A DNA stretch of 64,000 nt, taken from an uncultured virus (IMG/VR IMGVR_UViG_3300037488_003116) (taxonomy: Duplodnaviria > Heunggongvirae > Uroviricota > Caudoviricetes). The translations under genes were made by a program, and so were the position numbers. This document shows positions 19,679-32,159 of this stretch, one piece after another; within the stretch, counting starts at the first letter, position 1; each line of letters starts with the position of its first letter. The DNA is taken from IMG/VR virus record IMGVR_UViG_3300037488_003116. The stretch is one strand, 5' to 3'. Under the pieces are notes generated by a model. It was not told the origin of the DNA. It ran no database searches and worked only from the letters and a program-made list of their open reading frames with translations.

Positions 19679-21893
19679 AGGGGATACCCTGCATAGTCAC
19701 CTCCGTTTTTCGGGATAACGCAATTCAAACTCAGCGTCCCATTCCTCCTCAGTCCATCCAGCCTGGGCCAACTTCTCCACCCATTCCCGTTTTTTCTGCT
19801 CAGTAATCATCTTGCCACAGAAACGGACATAGTATAGGTAGTCGAAGTAGCCCTGTTCAAGAAGCTCGAAAGGTAACTTGTCCATACTGGATTATACAGT
19901 GGAATTATTTATTGTCCTTGAAATATTGTTCGAGAAGTTTCTGAATGTCACAGTCTTCTTCGAGCTCATCCAAAGGAACCTCATGGACGTAGGCATTGAT
20001 CTTTTTACCCCTGGCATCCTTAGCTATAGTAAGTTTCTCGTCATCTCCATCAGTATCCGTATCTACTACTATGACGCTCAAGGGCTTCTTATCTGCCACT
20101 TTAAAAACACATTGCACCAGACCGCCATCAAGGTGTATGACTATCTTAGACATTAGAACCTCCAAGCAAACATTGAATGTATCCGGGATCAAAATCCTCT
20201 GCGTGTATCTTAACCTCAATACCCCTGGCAACCGTATTCTGCAAATTGCAAATCAGGATATCAACATCCTGGTCAGCCGGTCGTGGCTCGGGCATCGGAA
20301 CCTCACCTATCTTCTGGCTACCCCTGTAGACCTGGATCATATGTCCTGCTTCTGCTCGGTATTGGATATCACGGTATTCAGTCTCCCCCTTGGAAGAGAA
20401 AAATTGATTTCTTTTGTAGCCCCACACTCACAATGCGTATGACCCAGGTTTACCGGTTTACCACAATTCCAACACACTCTGTCGTATTCTATATCAAGGT
20501 AATTTGGAAGAGGTCCCTGGCCTAACATCTCTTTACTTAATCGCATATACCCTCCAGGTTATTTATTATTCTTTTTCTCCGTTTCGGACTCGGACGTTGG
20601 TGGCAGTAGTTAGTACGTGCCCACAGTTCGGGCACTCATCCCCCTCAACTGCTTTCGCTGAAATAGACTCTCCGCAATCAGGGCACTCCGCATTGGTATA
20701 AGATTTCTGCAATGGTGTCTCTTCAATACGAACCTTTTTCGGCTTACTCACAGGGTTGCTTCCTGCTTGTACACGAACAGGATTGCTTCCTAGCTTGTAC
20801 ACGACATTGTCGCCGACCTCTTGAGCATTGCTTCCTGGTATTAGTGTTGCTCCTTGTGCCTTGTACTCGGTGGTGAGCTCTGCAAAATAGAGATCACTCG
20901 CTTTCTTCTCGGCCTTACGCTCGGCTTGCTCAGGGTCATCAGCATCAACCACAATGTACCGAAAGCTGCGTGATATTTTGTCTACCTTGACACTATATTG
21001 TGGCATTCAGTCAGTCCTCCTTTGGTAATTCTAAAACAGGTAGCTCCGGCAACTCGATAGGTGACCATAGCCCAATGTGTTTCTCACTCTTATAAATTAA
21101 AGCGCCCTGAGTCACATACACAATTGAGTTCGGAATCTTAGTCACCGCCACGTACTCAAGCTGGGGATCTTTAGGTTTCCCATCAAAGTTTTTAGTGTCT
21201 CCCCAAAGCCACCCATAGAACCAGTACTCCCCCTCTTTTCTTGGCCACTCTTTAGTCCACTCAGACATTTCTCAATCCCCCATTTCCGGGGCCTCAAGCC
21301 CTGCTATGATCCTCACCTTGCAGAGCCTGCACTTAAACGCCCGGCTACAACTCTGCGAAGGGAGCAGTGATAAGGTTTCCATGTGGTCTCGGATTACTCT
21401 GATCTCTGCCTTGGCCCTTTCTACAGTGTCACAGAACCCGTTGCATATGGGGCATGGAATAGCCTGTGTGTTCCGATCCAAGGGCTTCTTAAGTTTGACA
21501 ACTCTGTGGCTTATTTTATTGATGAAAGTATCAATAGCGTCTTTAGCCATTCGTCACCCCCTTACTGAGCAAAGGGTTGCATGGTAATGAAGAACTTCTT
21601 CCGACCTATCTTCAAAACCGAAGGCACTTCGCCCTCATCAAACCGATCAATCCGGTTCTGAAACACAGGGTTCACCGCCTCTATAAGGACTCCCCCTACT
21701 CCGGGGATCTCAGTCTCAGTAACCTCAATGGCTTCCACATGGAATGAGACCGAGGTTCCGTCGAACGTCTGCCACCCCCCACCCATAATAACCTCTCCAA
21801 GGTAATAACCCCGCTCCTCAAACGCGGGAAGCGTGATCTCAAAACCCCGAAGCCCATTCTTATTCCGAAGGTCAAGAACCAAAGGCTTTCTTT

Positions 21894-22385
21894 TCATCGT
21901 CCCTCCTCATAATCATAGACGTAAGTATCAACCGTGATAACATCCGTAAGAATCCTTTCCACCTCATCCCAGTCTCCTCCCGCAAGTCCACAGCCTATCC
22001 TGGGCATGTGAACCGTGTACGCCCCGGTCATTAAACTCGCACTCCCGTAAAGGTCAGTAAGACACTCACGAAGTGCCGTATATCGTAGCGGGATCACCCC
22101 CTTCTTGATTCCTGTCCCATGCTGGGCAACCATGTTCGCTACTATGATGTCATTCTCAACTCCCACAAACTGCGTACGACCTAGACCAAAACTACCCGGC
22201 TTAGACAGACCCCGGTGCCATTTCAACCACCACAACCGGTACTCATTCTCAGGCTCCTTCCACTTACGAGACAGAGCCAAAACAAAACCCTTTCCCCAAC
22301 CACCCCCGTCATTGCAGATGTGACAAATAATCGCAGGCCTCTTGACCGGAGCCGTAGCATCACCCGTCAGATAATTTATGGTCAT
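21894..22385 (-). CDS. Macrodomain ADP-ribose-processing protein (Poa1p/TARG1/DarG-like)
   Basis: Motifs GDAT, HICND.GGWGKGF, VANMVAQ and MPRIGCGLAGGDW. Confidence 0.9.
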   Translation of the reverse strand: MTINYLTGDATAPVKRPAIICHICNDGGGWGKGFVLALSRKWKEPENEYRLWWLKWHRGLSKPGSFGLGRTQFVGVENDIIVANMVAQHGTGIKKGVIPLRYTALRECLTDLYGSASLMTGAYTVHMPRIGCGLAGGDWDEVERILTDVITVDTYVYDYEEGR

Positions 22386-22684
22386 TTATGATGCCACCAA
22401 ATACTGATTTTAGTAGCAACGGACAAGATAGCCCCGAAAAGAGCCACAAGACAACCGATAACTAGCAAAAACGGAACGGTATGACCTATCAGTAATAAAA
22501 GCATGCCCCCTATCATCAACATCACTGCAATAATCAAACGCCCTTTTAGTCTTTTGGAAGTAAGTTCAACCTCTTGAGCTTTCGACTCTGTAATAGATTT
22601 TTTAAGGGGGTAAGAGCATTTTGGGCATTTTTCCGCATATTCAGATACTTCTGTTTTACATTCAGGACAGGAAATAAGAGCCAT
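22382..22684 (-). CDS. Zinc-ribbon membrane protein
   Basis: MALISCPEC...CPKC followed by two transmembrane helices. Confidence 0.8.
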   Translation of the reverse strand: MALISCPECKTEVSEYAEKCPKCSYPLKKSITESKAQEVELTSKRLKGRLIIAVMLMIGGMLLLLIGHTVPFLLVIGCLVALFGAILSVATKISIWWHHK

Positions 22685-22686
22685 GG

Positions 22687-23445
22687 CTAGTTTGCCCCTT
22701 TCAAAAAGAAGATGTAATTGGCCTTTATTAGAGGTAGTTTCTGGGCCATATGTTCTGTCACTCCCTCAAACTCTCCAATAATTTTTACAAAATCACCTTT
22801 TAGAATCCTATCATTATTGCCATCTTCATATCCTCGATATTCCTGTGCAGAGGGATTAATGTCATCCCCCTGAATAAGCACAGAACCATCGGCCATATTG
22901 ACCAGCAAACCCCAACCGCCCTCATATCTCGTATCTTGATATGTATTTATTCTTCCAACTCTTGCTTTAATAAGCACAGTAGAACCCTCCAAGCTGGACT
23001 TTCGCATCATTGTATTCCACGAAGGATGAGGTATGTATTGCTCAATAGACTTATATGGTAGAAATATAGCCTCAATGATTGTGCTATTTATTATCACACC
23101 TTTATACTGTGGATTTTTTACAAGCCCCTTAATAGTTGCTTTAAAAACGCCTCCTTCGTTATCCCCATTATTTTTTACGGTGAACTGTGTCAGAGACCCA
23201 TATGGAAAAAAGAACATTTCAGTAGTGTCATTATTTGTTAAACTGGATCTGATAGATGGGCTTAAGAATAAAAAATCTTCATTAGGTTTTGAAGAGACAG
23301 ATACTATTCTGCTGTCAAAATAACCAGTTAATTGAATAGGTTTACCCGCATATGTGTCTTCTTTATCATGGAAATCTGTCCATGAAACTGATTGAGCCTG
23401 TGCAATCATTATTATTGAGAAGATCATAAGAACAACATTTTTCAT
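22687..23445 (-). CDS. Secreted hypothetical protein, possibly OB-fold repeats
   Basis: Signal peptide ending AQA; AT-rich. Confidence 0.6.
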   Translation of the reverse strand: MKNVVLMIFSIIMIAQAQSVSWTDFHDKEDTYAGKPIQLTGYFDSRIVSVSSKPNEDFLFLSPSIRSSLTNNDTTEMFFFPYGSLTQFTVKNNGDNEGGVFKATIKGLVKNPQYKGVIINSTIIEAIFLPYKSIEQYIPHPSWNTMMRKSSLEGSTVLIKARVGRINTYQDTRYEGGWGLLVNMADGSVLIQGDDINPSAQEYRGYEDGNNDRILKGDFVKIIGEFEGVTEHMAQKLPLIKANYIFFLKGAN

Positions 23446-24110
23446 ATAGAACCCCTTGAATACAGAAGAGATGTAATTTTGTCATTCATTTTTAATCTGA
23501 GTATGTAATTTGTTGATACTGGAAGAGGTATGATGGAAGACCCTTTATTAATAACTTTTGAGCATAATCTTTCCCCTTTTAAATTAAAGATTTCTATACT
23601 GAACTCTTTGTCTGAATCTATTCTTAAACCCTTCCCGCCGTATTTTATTTCTATGCCCTGGGTACTGATTATGTTTCTTTTGGTGACACTTAGAGCCGAT
23701 ATCTGTAGAACTGCTAAAGAAATAACATTGTTTACCTGAACATAGGCTCGCCCCTGAACACTACAATATGAAAGATACACCCCAGAAAATCCTGAACAGG
23801 ATATCATTGTTTTTTTATAGCTATTAAATAATATGATAACGGAATCTTTATTAATGGGCATTGAACTGTTTACTGACTTTATAAAATTCAATACCTCATT
23901 TGTCCATTGCTGATAGTCAGAAACATAGAGGTTGTAATAATTAGAGAGTTTGGCACCACTTGATTGGGCTAGTGCCATTGGATCTCCTCGTTGTGCCTGT
24001 GCTGTTCGGTATTGCATTAAATCTAAAGCCATGAAGTCTCCAATAAGCTTGGTTGACTCATTTGCTATAGACAGACTGTATATCAGAAAAATCATTACTA
24101 TTTTTTTCAT
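23442..24110 (-). CDS. Secreted protein with a T9SS type-A-like C-terminal sorting domain
   Basis: Signal peptide; C-terminus FSIEIFNLKGERL...G...I....NYILRLK. Confidence 0.6.
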   Translation of the reverse strand: MKKIVMIFLIYSLSIANESTKLIGDFMALDLMQYRTAQAQRGDPMALAQSSGAKLSNYYNLYVSDYQQWTNEVLNFIKSVNSSMPINKDSVIILFNSYKKTMISCSGFSGVYLSYCSVQGRAYVQVNNVISLAVLQISALSVTKRNIISTQGIEIKYGGKGLRIDSDKEFSIEIFNLKGERLCSKVINKGSSIIPLPVSTNYILRLKMNDKITSLLYSRGSI

Positions 24111-24202
24111 TCAATCCCCTTGATCCTGAGAAGTGAGAAGCAAGCCACCACCACACGCCGTAGTAAGGCTTGCTCTCTCCTAACTACTTAGCCCGTATGT
24201 GT

Positions 24203-24709
24203 TTACGATTTCGTAGCCAACACCAACCCGGAAGTAGGAGCCTGGCCGACCGGAGTAAAGAAATCCTTTATGGCAAACAATGGCTCAAACCCCGCATCGA
24301 TATAAATCCTGTGTGCCCGTGTCTTATCAAGACCAACAATAAGCACCCGCTTGGTCACAGGCACCGAATCCAACAGTGCTTGAAACATACTCCGACCCAG
24401 GCCCAGGGACTGAGCCTGCTTCAGAATAGCCATGGAAGATATGTAGTGTGTGTTGCCGTCAAAGGTATGCCGACTCCTGATGGACTTATTGAGTGAGAAC
24501 AAACTCGGCTCTATCTTGTCCACCTGCCAGAGCTCCGAACAGATGTAGCCCACCACCTGCCCGGCCTCAACGGTTACCAGGAACCCGTCTGGATAAAGCT
24601 CTATCCTCTCCAGAAAGATCTCCCGGTCCTCCCTGATGCCCTCGGGATGTGCCTCATTCTCAATCACCATAATCGAATCAATATCACTGGGTACTGCAAA
24701 TCGTATCAT
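24203..24709 (-). CDS. GNAT family N-acetyltransferase
   Basis: Motifs IRFA..SDI, VVGYI, YISSMAI...AQSLGLGR and A.RIY...GF. Confidence 0.85.
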   Translation of the reverse strand: MIRFAVPSDIDSIMVIENEAHPEGIREDREIFLERIELYPDGFLVTVEAGQVVGYICSELWQVDKIEPSLFSLNKSIRSRHTFDGNTHYISSMAILKQAQSLGLGRSMFQALLDSVPVTKRVLIVGLDKTRAHRIYIDAGFEPLFAIKDFFTPVGQAPTSGLVLATKS

Positions 24710-25841
24710 CTTTCCTCCTGTTAGTTAGTTTTTGAATCCCTACTCTCCGCTGGTACAGCCATGCAATAGCCAGCGTGTAGAGTAAAATCATGAAGACATT
24801 CACATACCAAGACCACCATGCTGGTATACCCCTCACTATGGCCGGAGCAACCAAAACAATGACCGCAATTAAAAGAACTGACAGAATTATCTTCTGAAGT
24901 TTCATACCCGCCCCCTATAAAATAAAGACATCTTTCTTACACTCAGGACACTTTATATAATACTCAGCCCGTGTCCCACTCCCACCATCATAATGTGAAA
25001 TCGAAACCTGCCGGTTTTGGATGTCATTCGGAACATAAGAAAGAGTCACACCGCAACTCTTACAGATAATCTCTCGGATAATAGATTTATCCGGCTCCGA
25101 TTTAATTACCTTGATCATACCAACTCCTCTATTCGCTTAATGGCCTCCTTATTACCCAGTGTCTCAACCAAGTACCCTAACTGGGAACTGACGCCACCCT
25201 TATTGATAGCAGAAGCCTCCTCAACCTTCAATTCATGCACCAGGCTATCCAGACAGCCCTTCTTCTTCTCAACCTTCTCTATGAGATCCGTGGCTTTTTT
25301 AAATTCAGCAATCATGTCATCCATCTTAACTTCAGGAGCAAACACATCGAATATCTCCGTCTCGGGAATGTTACCCTTCACATGATAACTGGGAGAGACA
25401 GGCATGCTTCCAGAAATATCAATTAACCTGATCATCCTAACTCCTCCTGAATGGGTGCCCCCATCACAAACTTATACCCCCTCCTCGTAACCTTCGTCTT
25501 CACCATGGTCACCGCATACTTACGCCACTTCTTACGCTCACCCGTCATTGCAGGTGTACTGAAAATAGCTCCCCCCTCATGGTAATGATGCCCGATCATC
25601 AGACAAAAATCCTCCACAGCCGCCTGCTCATCCGTGGTAAACCGAAAAATTATCTTCCGAGAATCATCTATTAAATCAATCATTCCCTGCCCCCTTTATG
25701 TTACCTTGATCTCTTTGCTATAAGATTTTGCTTTTTTACTGTCATAGGTTGTTGTGAAAAGTTTCCCATCTTTAAATACAGTATAAAACTGATTGCGACA
25801 ACTCCAAATTACTTCAAACATATCTCACGCTTCGCCTCCAG

Positions 25842-26564
25842 TTAAAATGGTTTCCAGGATTGAGTTAAACCGGTTACCGTACCTTTAGCCATCTCAAGTT
25901 TAATCTGATACTCCTCCAACGTGCCCCGGTACTCAGGACAAAACGTGTACTTCAGATAGTTACAGGACAACAGCCTATCAATCCATCCATCCATGTTACC
26001 CGTGTCCTCTGCACTAAGTATCTCAGCTATCGCAGCCCGGGCCTCGGACACCTTGGCCTCATACTCAGCCTTCTTCACCAGGAACTCATCCAACTCCTTC
26101 TGAGCCGACTCAATCTCCCGAGCCTTCCTCAAAGCCAGCTTCTCAGGTGAGTGCATAGCAACCCGACCCATGATCTCCGTGAGAGACTCCCCCGAATGAC
26201 TCTGACGAGAAGGAACAAACAAAGAACCATCCCCCCAGTGAGTGCCCCGAAGATAGGAACCATCAGCCCGAAACTCTACCGTAATCCCTTTCTCGGGCTC
26301 CTTCGACACCAACAATGACCCAGGAACCTGGACCCAGTAAATCTTACCTTTAAAATTCGTGTGGGTCACCAGGTACTCAATCTTTCTTTCCTTCAATTTC
26401 ACATCCACATAGTATTCAGGTAACTTTGGATCATAGAGCTCGACAAACCTCGGGTCCGTATCCTTCACCGTAGTTAATGACACCCACAAAAGGACTTCCT
26501 TGATCGTGTAGACCCACCCACACCGATCCAACTCCTTAACCAACCTCTCCCGTGCTGTACTCAT
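25842..26564 (-). CDS. Hypothetical protein
   Basis: 240-aa ORF with a GGAGG RBS. Confidence 0.6.
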   Translation of the reverse strand: MSTARERLVKELDRCGWVYTIKEVLLWVSLTTVKDTDPRFVELYDPKLPEYYVDVKLKERKIEYLVTHTNFKGKIYWVQVPGSLLVSKEPEKGITVEFRADGSYLRGTHWGDGSLFVPSRQSHSGESLTEIMGRVAMHSPEKLALRKAREIESAQKELDEFLVKKAEYEAKVSEARAAIAEILSAEDTGNMDGWIDRLLSCNYLKYTFCPEYRGTLEEYQIKLEMAKGTVTGLTQSWKPF

Positions 26565-26811
26565 CTCACCCCTCCTTATACGGTTGAAACTTACCAGGAA
26601 TCATTCTTGATGAGGAGTCCCCCAACAAAATTATACGGTTGAAGCTTACCAGGAATCAATTTACGCCACTCTCGATGAGGCTTCTTCTCAGTCCCCCAAC
26701 AAAAAGCCCGCAGAGGAACACCGTTGTACCAGTGCTCCTTCTTCTTGCAGTAAGGACAAGGACCCGTGGCCTTGTCAAACGCTCTCAAATGTTTCGATCT
26801 TTTTTCACTCA

Positions 26812-27267
26812 TCACTTACCTCCACCGAAAAATTGCATCGTAAAAATCCCGTTAATACATTGCATCACCGTGTCTCTGACAACCAACCAATCAACCATCG
26901 GGTCAAACCCCGCCTTATCATCAAGCATGACGTTGTAATAGAATTTCCTACTGAAATCGCCGGAATCCGTATTACCACACTCCGGGTTTTCATTGAAATA
27001 ATCAAATTTGATACCGTGCCTCTCAGCCCACTTGTAAAAAACATCGACGTAATCCTGAAAGGAAGATGTGAACAGAATCAATTTAACCGACTTCGCCTGG
27101 GTCAACATACGAAGGGTATCAATACAATGTGGGTACGTTTCAAATACCTCGTCCTTTGAATAGGTCCCCCTGATCATTGTATCATGCAGATCGATCGCAA
27201 AAAATATGCAATCCCACTGCCTATCTTTCATCAGGTTAAATGCCCTCTCGATTGCCACCTTAATCAT
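26812..27267 (-). CDS. HAD-superfamily phosphatase-like protein
   Basis: Motifs AIDLHDT, LILFTS, FDYFNENP, RK.Y...LDDKAGF. Confidence 0.75.
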   Translation of the reverse strand: MIKVAIERAFNLMKDRQWDCIFFAIDLHDTMIRGTYSKDEVFETYPHCIDTLRMLTQAKSVKLILFTSSFQDYVDVFYKWAERHGIKFDYFNENPECGNTDSGDFSRKFYYNVMLDDKAGFDPMVDWLVVRDTVMQCINGIFTMQFFGGGK

Positions 27268-27956
27268 TCCGCCCCCCCGGTTATTTCAAAACGACCCTCA
27301 AGAAGATCAAACATAGCGTTATAATCCTCCATCAGTATGTTGATCTGACGAAATTTCCTGTAGAACTCCTTCATCAACTTGTACCGCTCATCCTCATCCA
27401 AACTCAAATCCCGAAGAAACTGCCACTCATCATTAACCCCTATCACCTTGTCCACCACCTCAAAGGTATCCGTGTTGATCACCAAAGAAGCCATAGGAGG
27501 CATGTGCATCACCCCACCCCCACCTAACTTCACCGTCCGTGCCAGATAGGTCTTACCCAAAAGAAAGTTATAAACATAGGGACTCAAATGATGCAAATCC
27601 TCTATGCAAATCTCCCGACCCTTCTGCCATATCCAGACCGTTAGCTTATGCCCAGTCTGATAAGTGTGGTAACAACGATAGTTACCCGCATACAACTTCT
27701 GAAAACGAAACCCCATTGGAACCAAGTCCCTGAATGAACCCGTGTATGTTATCCGCATTGGAGAACTCGCCTCAGTCTAATAGCCCCGGACGACAAATCC
27801 GCTACGTAGCATGACTCCCCCTGAATAGCCTGAACCTTCTCCCGCCGATTCTTACAGGATTGATTCTTACAAAAAACACACCTGCCCTTTACCTGGTCCT
27901 CAGAACCAGGACAAACACCACGCTTCCCACTCGCCCTGTTAATAAACATATTCATA

Positions 27957-28241
27957 CTAACCCACTTTATTGCAATTGGAACATGATCCGAGAACACAGT
28001 GATTCGGCCAGTTCTCTGCCGGGTGATCTCCCGACATGAAGTCATTCTGGACATCCACTGTCACGAAAATGGTGACTGTATCCATCCCGGCATCGTCACA
28101 GAGATCGTCCGCATCAACAATACCTATCTTGATCGCTTCTGCTATGATAGTCTCTGATTTTTTCATCTCCCGAGAAGAAATAAATTCCCTCGTCCCGTCA
28201 GCAGGAACAGAAACCCAGTAACGATATGATTTTTTAGGCAT
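27957..28241 (-). pseudogene. Short ORF ending in a nicotinamidase (PncA/isochorismatase) fragment
   Basis: VDVQNDF and WPNHCVLGS motifs sit 9 aa apart and are followed by a stop; most of the fold is missing. Confidence 0.5.
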
Positions 28242-31180
28242 ATATAAGTCACTCCTTCAAGTTAAAAAGAGGGGAGGAACCCACTCCATCCCTCCCCCCA
28301 TCCCCAACTCACCCCACCCGCTTGCAACTCACCATCTTCTTGTCCGGCGTCAAAGTCACAGAATAACTGGCCACAGAACCCTTCTTCTTGGCAACCTTGA
28401 TCGCATCCCGTATCCTCTGCTGATGCAAAGCCTCCAGATCAAAATGCTGACCCACCGCCAACACCCCCAACGTCTCCTTGATCTGAGCACGTACACCCGC
28501 ATGTTCCCCACGCAACGACACCACCGGCGCATCCGAAATCGGCAACACATTACTCATAACACACTCTCCTTTGAAAAGTTATTTGCTCCACAGTGTTTGA
28601 ACTGACTCGGACAAACCTCCCTCGCAGGACATCCGTCACAAGTCATATCGTCGCTTTTGACCGCCTCCAAATTACATTTCCACGGTTCATTACCATCCGT
28701 CGCTACGGGAATGTACTGGGAAGCTAAAACACAAAAATCTTGTAAGGCCTGAGTCCGCCTCTCCTCTTGCCCCTTCTCAGTCCGTGCGTCACTCGTATCA
28801 ACAAGTGCCCTGTACTGCTCGTTTCTCTTCTCAAAAAGTGCCCTGTACTCTTCTTGCTCCTTCTCAGTCCGTGCATCCCTCGCATCAACTAATGCCCTGT
28901 ACTCTTCTTCGGTTAATAAATACTGCATTCTCCTCCTCCCTCTTACTCAGATTATCACCCTCAATCGCTCGACGCTGAACCCTCCTCAACCCCCTCATAA
29001 AAGCAGAAGCAGGCTGATTCCCCACATCCGAATATATCAAATCAAGCTTCACCCTATTGACGATGGCATCTATCTTATTCTGAACCTTCTTTTTCATTCT
29101 TAACCACCTTGCTCGCTGTATATGTCACCTCTATCCGCGTCTCAACCTGAATTTCCCGATTACATTCAGGACAGCGCTTTATCTGCGTATCACCATCATA
29201 AGGCTCCTCCTGCCGGACTACTTCTAAACCCCGACTACAGTGAGGACATACCAAGTCAGGGTCTGAAGCATCACTACCATGCAAGAAATAGAAAGACATC
29301 CCACCCCCTTGTATTATACAACCCCATCACTCCCAGGAATCCTACATTCTCCACAACGACTAAGAAAACCATGACCTCTACGACGACCCCTGACATAACT
29401 CCCAGACGACCGAACCACACATACCCTCTTATTCTCAGGATTCAGTCCCAGGTTACCAGGCAACCACTCATCAAACTCCCTCTCAAAACATAACATCATC
29501 TCGTAACAATGCCCCTCCCGTGAACAAAACTCCCGCCACTTATCCTGTATCCAAAAGGTAAACCCCAACATACACCCACCAGGATACTCCCCCCTATCAT
29601 GCTCCATCTGACTCCCCTCATCCCGACCCCGTGACCGAGCATACAAGGTGTACCGGGGATTCCATCCCGTCTTATCTACCGCTTCCATATACTCCCCCCC
29701 CCTCTATCCCTCATAGCCAGGATTGTCATATCGAAAAACCTCTGTAACCCGCTCAGTAATCTCCTCAACATCAACCCGAAGAACACTCCTATGATTGTGC
29801 TCCCTATACAACGTAAGAGCTTCCTCCCTCTCATCCGCTCGCACCACCGTAACCTTGTGACCACCACCAGCAGGAAAATGCTCTATGATGATAAAGACTT
29901 TCATCCCACACCCACTCGCAAAGCCATCTCCAATAACACTCCCAACCTCTCCCGCAAACTCTTCAGATTCAAAGCCTCCTCTATCCCCATATCCTTACCT
30001 CGATCCCGCCAGACATGAGCCCAGTACTCAGGATCAGATAACGTAGCATGTACCTCAGAAACCCGCACCATCCCTCCCCCAACATCCCGACCATCCGCTA
30101 AATCATGCTCCACAGCCCACACCATCCGACCTATGAAAAACATCGACACCGCATCCACCCGACCCATACTCAACTCCTCAAACCGAACCCCGTCCTCGGG
30201 CGTAAGCTCATCCTCGCTCTTAATCATCAAACCTATAATCTCAGGCATCAAACCAAAGTCGTCCTCGCTCTTAATCTCAGCCAGCATACTCCCAACCACA
30301 CACCTCTCTGCCACTACCTTAACTTCCTTGTCCCAATACTCAGAAATTTTACTCATACTTCCTCCCTCTCCCCAATCCCATACCACATCATATCAAACCT
30401 CACAGTCATATAAGTGTCCAAGAAAATATGCTGGAAATCCCCAGCCGAATATCCATCCTTGTAAAACCGCTCAAACTCATCCAACGTCGCCAACTCAAAC
30501 CGCATCCGGGAAGTAAGCTCAGGCTGAACTGCATGTATCTTCGCCCTCAACTCCTCAACAGTCTTACAAGCCCCTCCCAAACCATTCAAACTAAGCGCCA
30601 CATCCACAGACTGTACCAACCCCGATACCATTACCAAAAACTTCCAAAATTCCTTCCTCTCCACCTCCGGCAAATCCAACAGGTACTCCCCCAATGCTAC
30701 CCTATATTCCCCCGAAGACTCCGGAATCATTAACTTAATACTCACCTTTAACCCCCTTATCCACCACCACAAACGTAGGAGCACTAACCTCAACCCTACC
30801 ACAGTTTCTAAAAACGTAAAATCCCATCACCCCCTGCTCAGTCATATAATAACGCCCCTTAACCGCCACATATACCCCCGTCACCTTACCCCTGCCTGAC
30901 GGCGAAGGATCTCTCCCCTCACTAAACCTCGTCACATCAAAAGCCCTATCCCCAAATATCGCAATCCTCCTCCTACCCCTGACCTCCACCCGATCTGACC
31001 ACTTACCTCGTTGCTCACGAGCAAACTCTATAAACTTATTTAACATTTTTCCCCCTTTATTATACGCCATTCCAGTACCCATGTACCAAAATAAAAAACA
31101 TGGCATGTCCGTGGGTGACTCTCAAGACTAACGATATCAAGTACTTAGCTACACCATTTCCGTTTTAAGCCATATACCCG

Positions 31181-31203
31181 TAACTATTTCCGCGAAATAG
31201 TTA
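31181..31203. promoter_or_regulatory. Palindromic site TAACTATTT-N5-AAATAGTTA, copy 1
   Basis: Perfect 9-bp arms; intergenic. Confidence 0.6.
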
Positions 31204-32083
31204 ACTTACCCCGGAGCTCTTACCCGCCTCCTCTTGACCACCGTGTAGAGACTGTAGTCAGCAACACTCCTCCCCGTACACCTCCCAAAAAACCATACCG
31301 CATCACCCATAGTCAACCTCACAAGAATATCCACAGGAACCCCGTACCGGGACAGAATACCCTTGATCGTTATCTTCTCCTGAAGAGTCAGATCACGCAT
31401 CCGTCTTCCCCTTTCTTGCCAAGGCTAATGGGATAGACCTTTTCAGAAACTCCTTCATCAGTTTATCAGAACATCGAAGCGTCAATATATCGTCCATAGT
31501 AGCAAATCTCAAATGACCCGGAGCATTCCAACAACACATACCGTCTGCATCTGTCCTCAATTCCCCATCCTCACAGATACATCCCAACACAACCCCAACA
31601 GCCTGAGTCCCCTCAATCACCACCACATCCCCAACATCATAAGGACATCCCTTCGGCCTCTTATCAAGAACCTTATCCCGCCGATCCATGTAGGCAGGAT
31701 AGTCAAAACAAGCATAGTCCCTCGCCCTCTTAACCCGTAATACCTTCTTAGTTCTTCTGACCATTCTATGCCCCCTTTATTAATAATTATATAAACAGGT
31801 AAGAATTCTTACCCCTTTTTATGAATTCTTGAACTGAACTCCTCGAAGCAGGCCAGGAACCGGGACAAACCCCTGACAAAATCGATAACAGGCCCATGAC
31901 CCGGGCATCCGGGCTCAAAATTGATGGAACAATCAACGGCCAGACGAGAAAAAAAATTGTTCCCCGAAAAATGGGCCAGAAAAAAACCGACCCCCGAGTC
32001 ATGTCTTTCCAACTTCCGTCTACCCGATTGTCCGAGTCATTGGTCACAGCCAAAATGCCCGCTCCCCTGCAAGCCATTCCGAT

Positions 32084-32140
32084 GGTACTTGACAAGGGGA
32101 CACGGGTACTTGACAAGGGCGACCAGGTACTTGACGGGTG
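32084..32140 (+). repeat. Three GGTACTTGAC direct repeats with 21-bp period (iteron-like) at the skew switch
   Basis: Copies start at 32084, 32105 and 32126; the first two extend to GGTACTTGACAAGGG. Confidence 0.75.
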
Positions 32141-32159
32141 CCAGGGCCTCGGGTCTGGT

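Noticed and set aside
26583..26590. GTTGAAAC resembling a CRISPR repeat 3' end (also GATTGAAAC near 8807)
   Set aside because: No repeat stem or upstream similarity; 26583 belongs to a local duplication and 8807 is coding.
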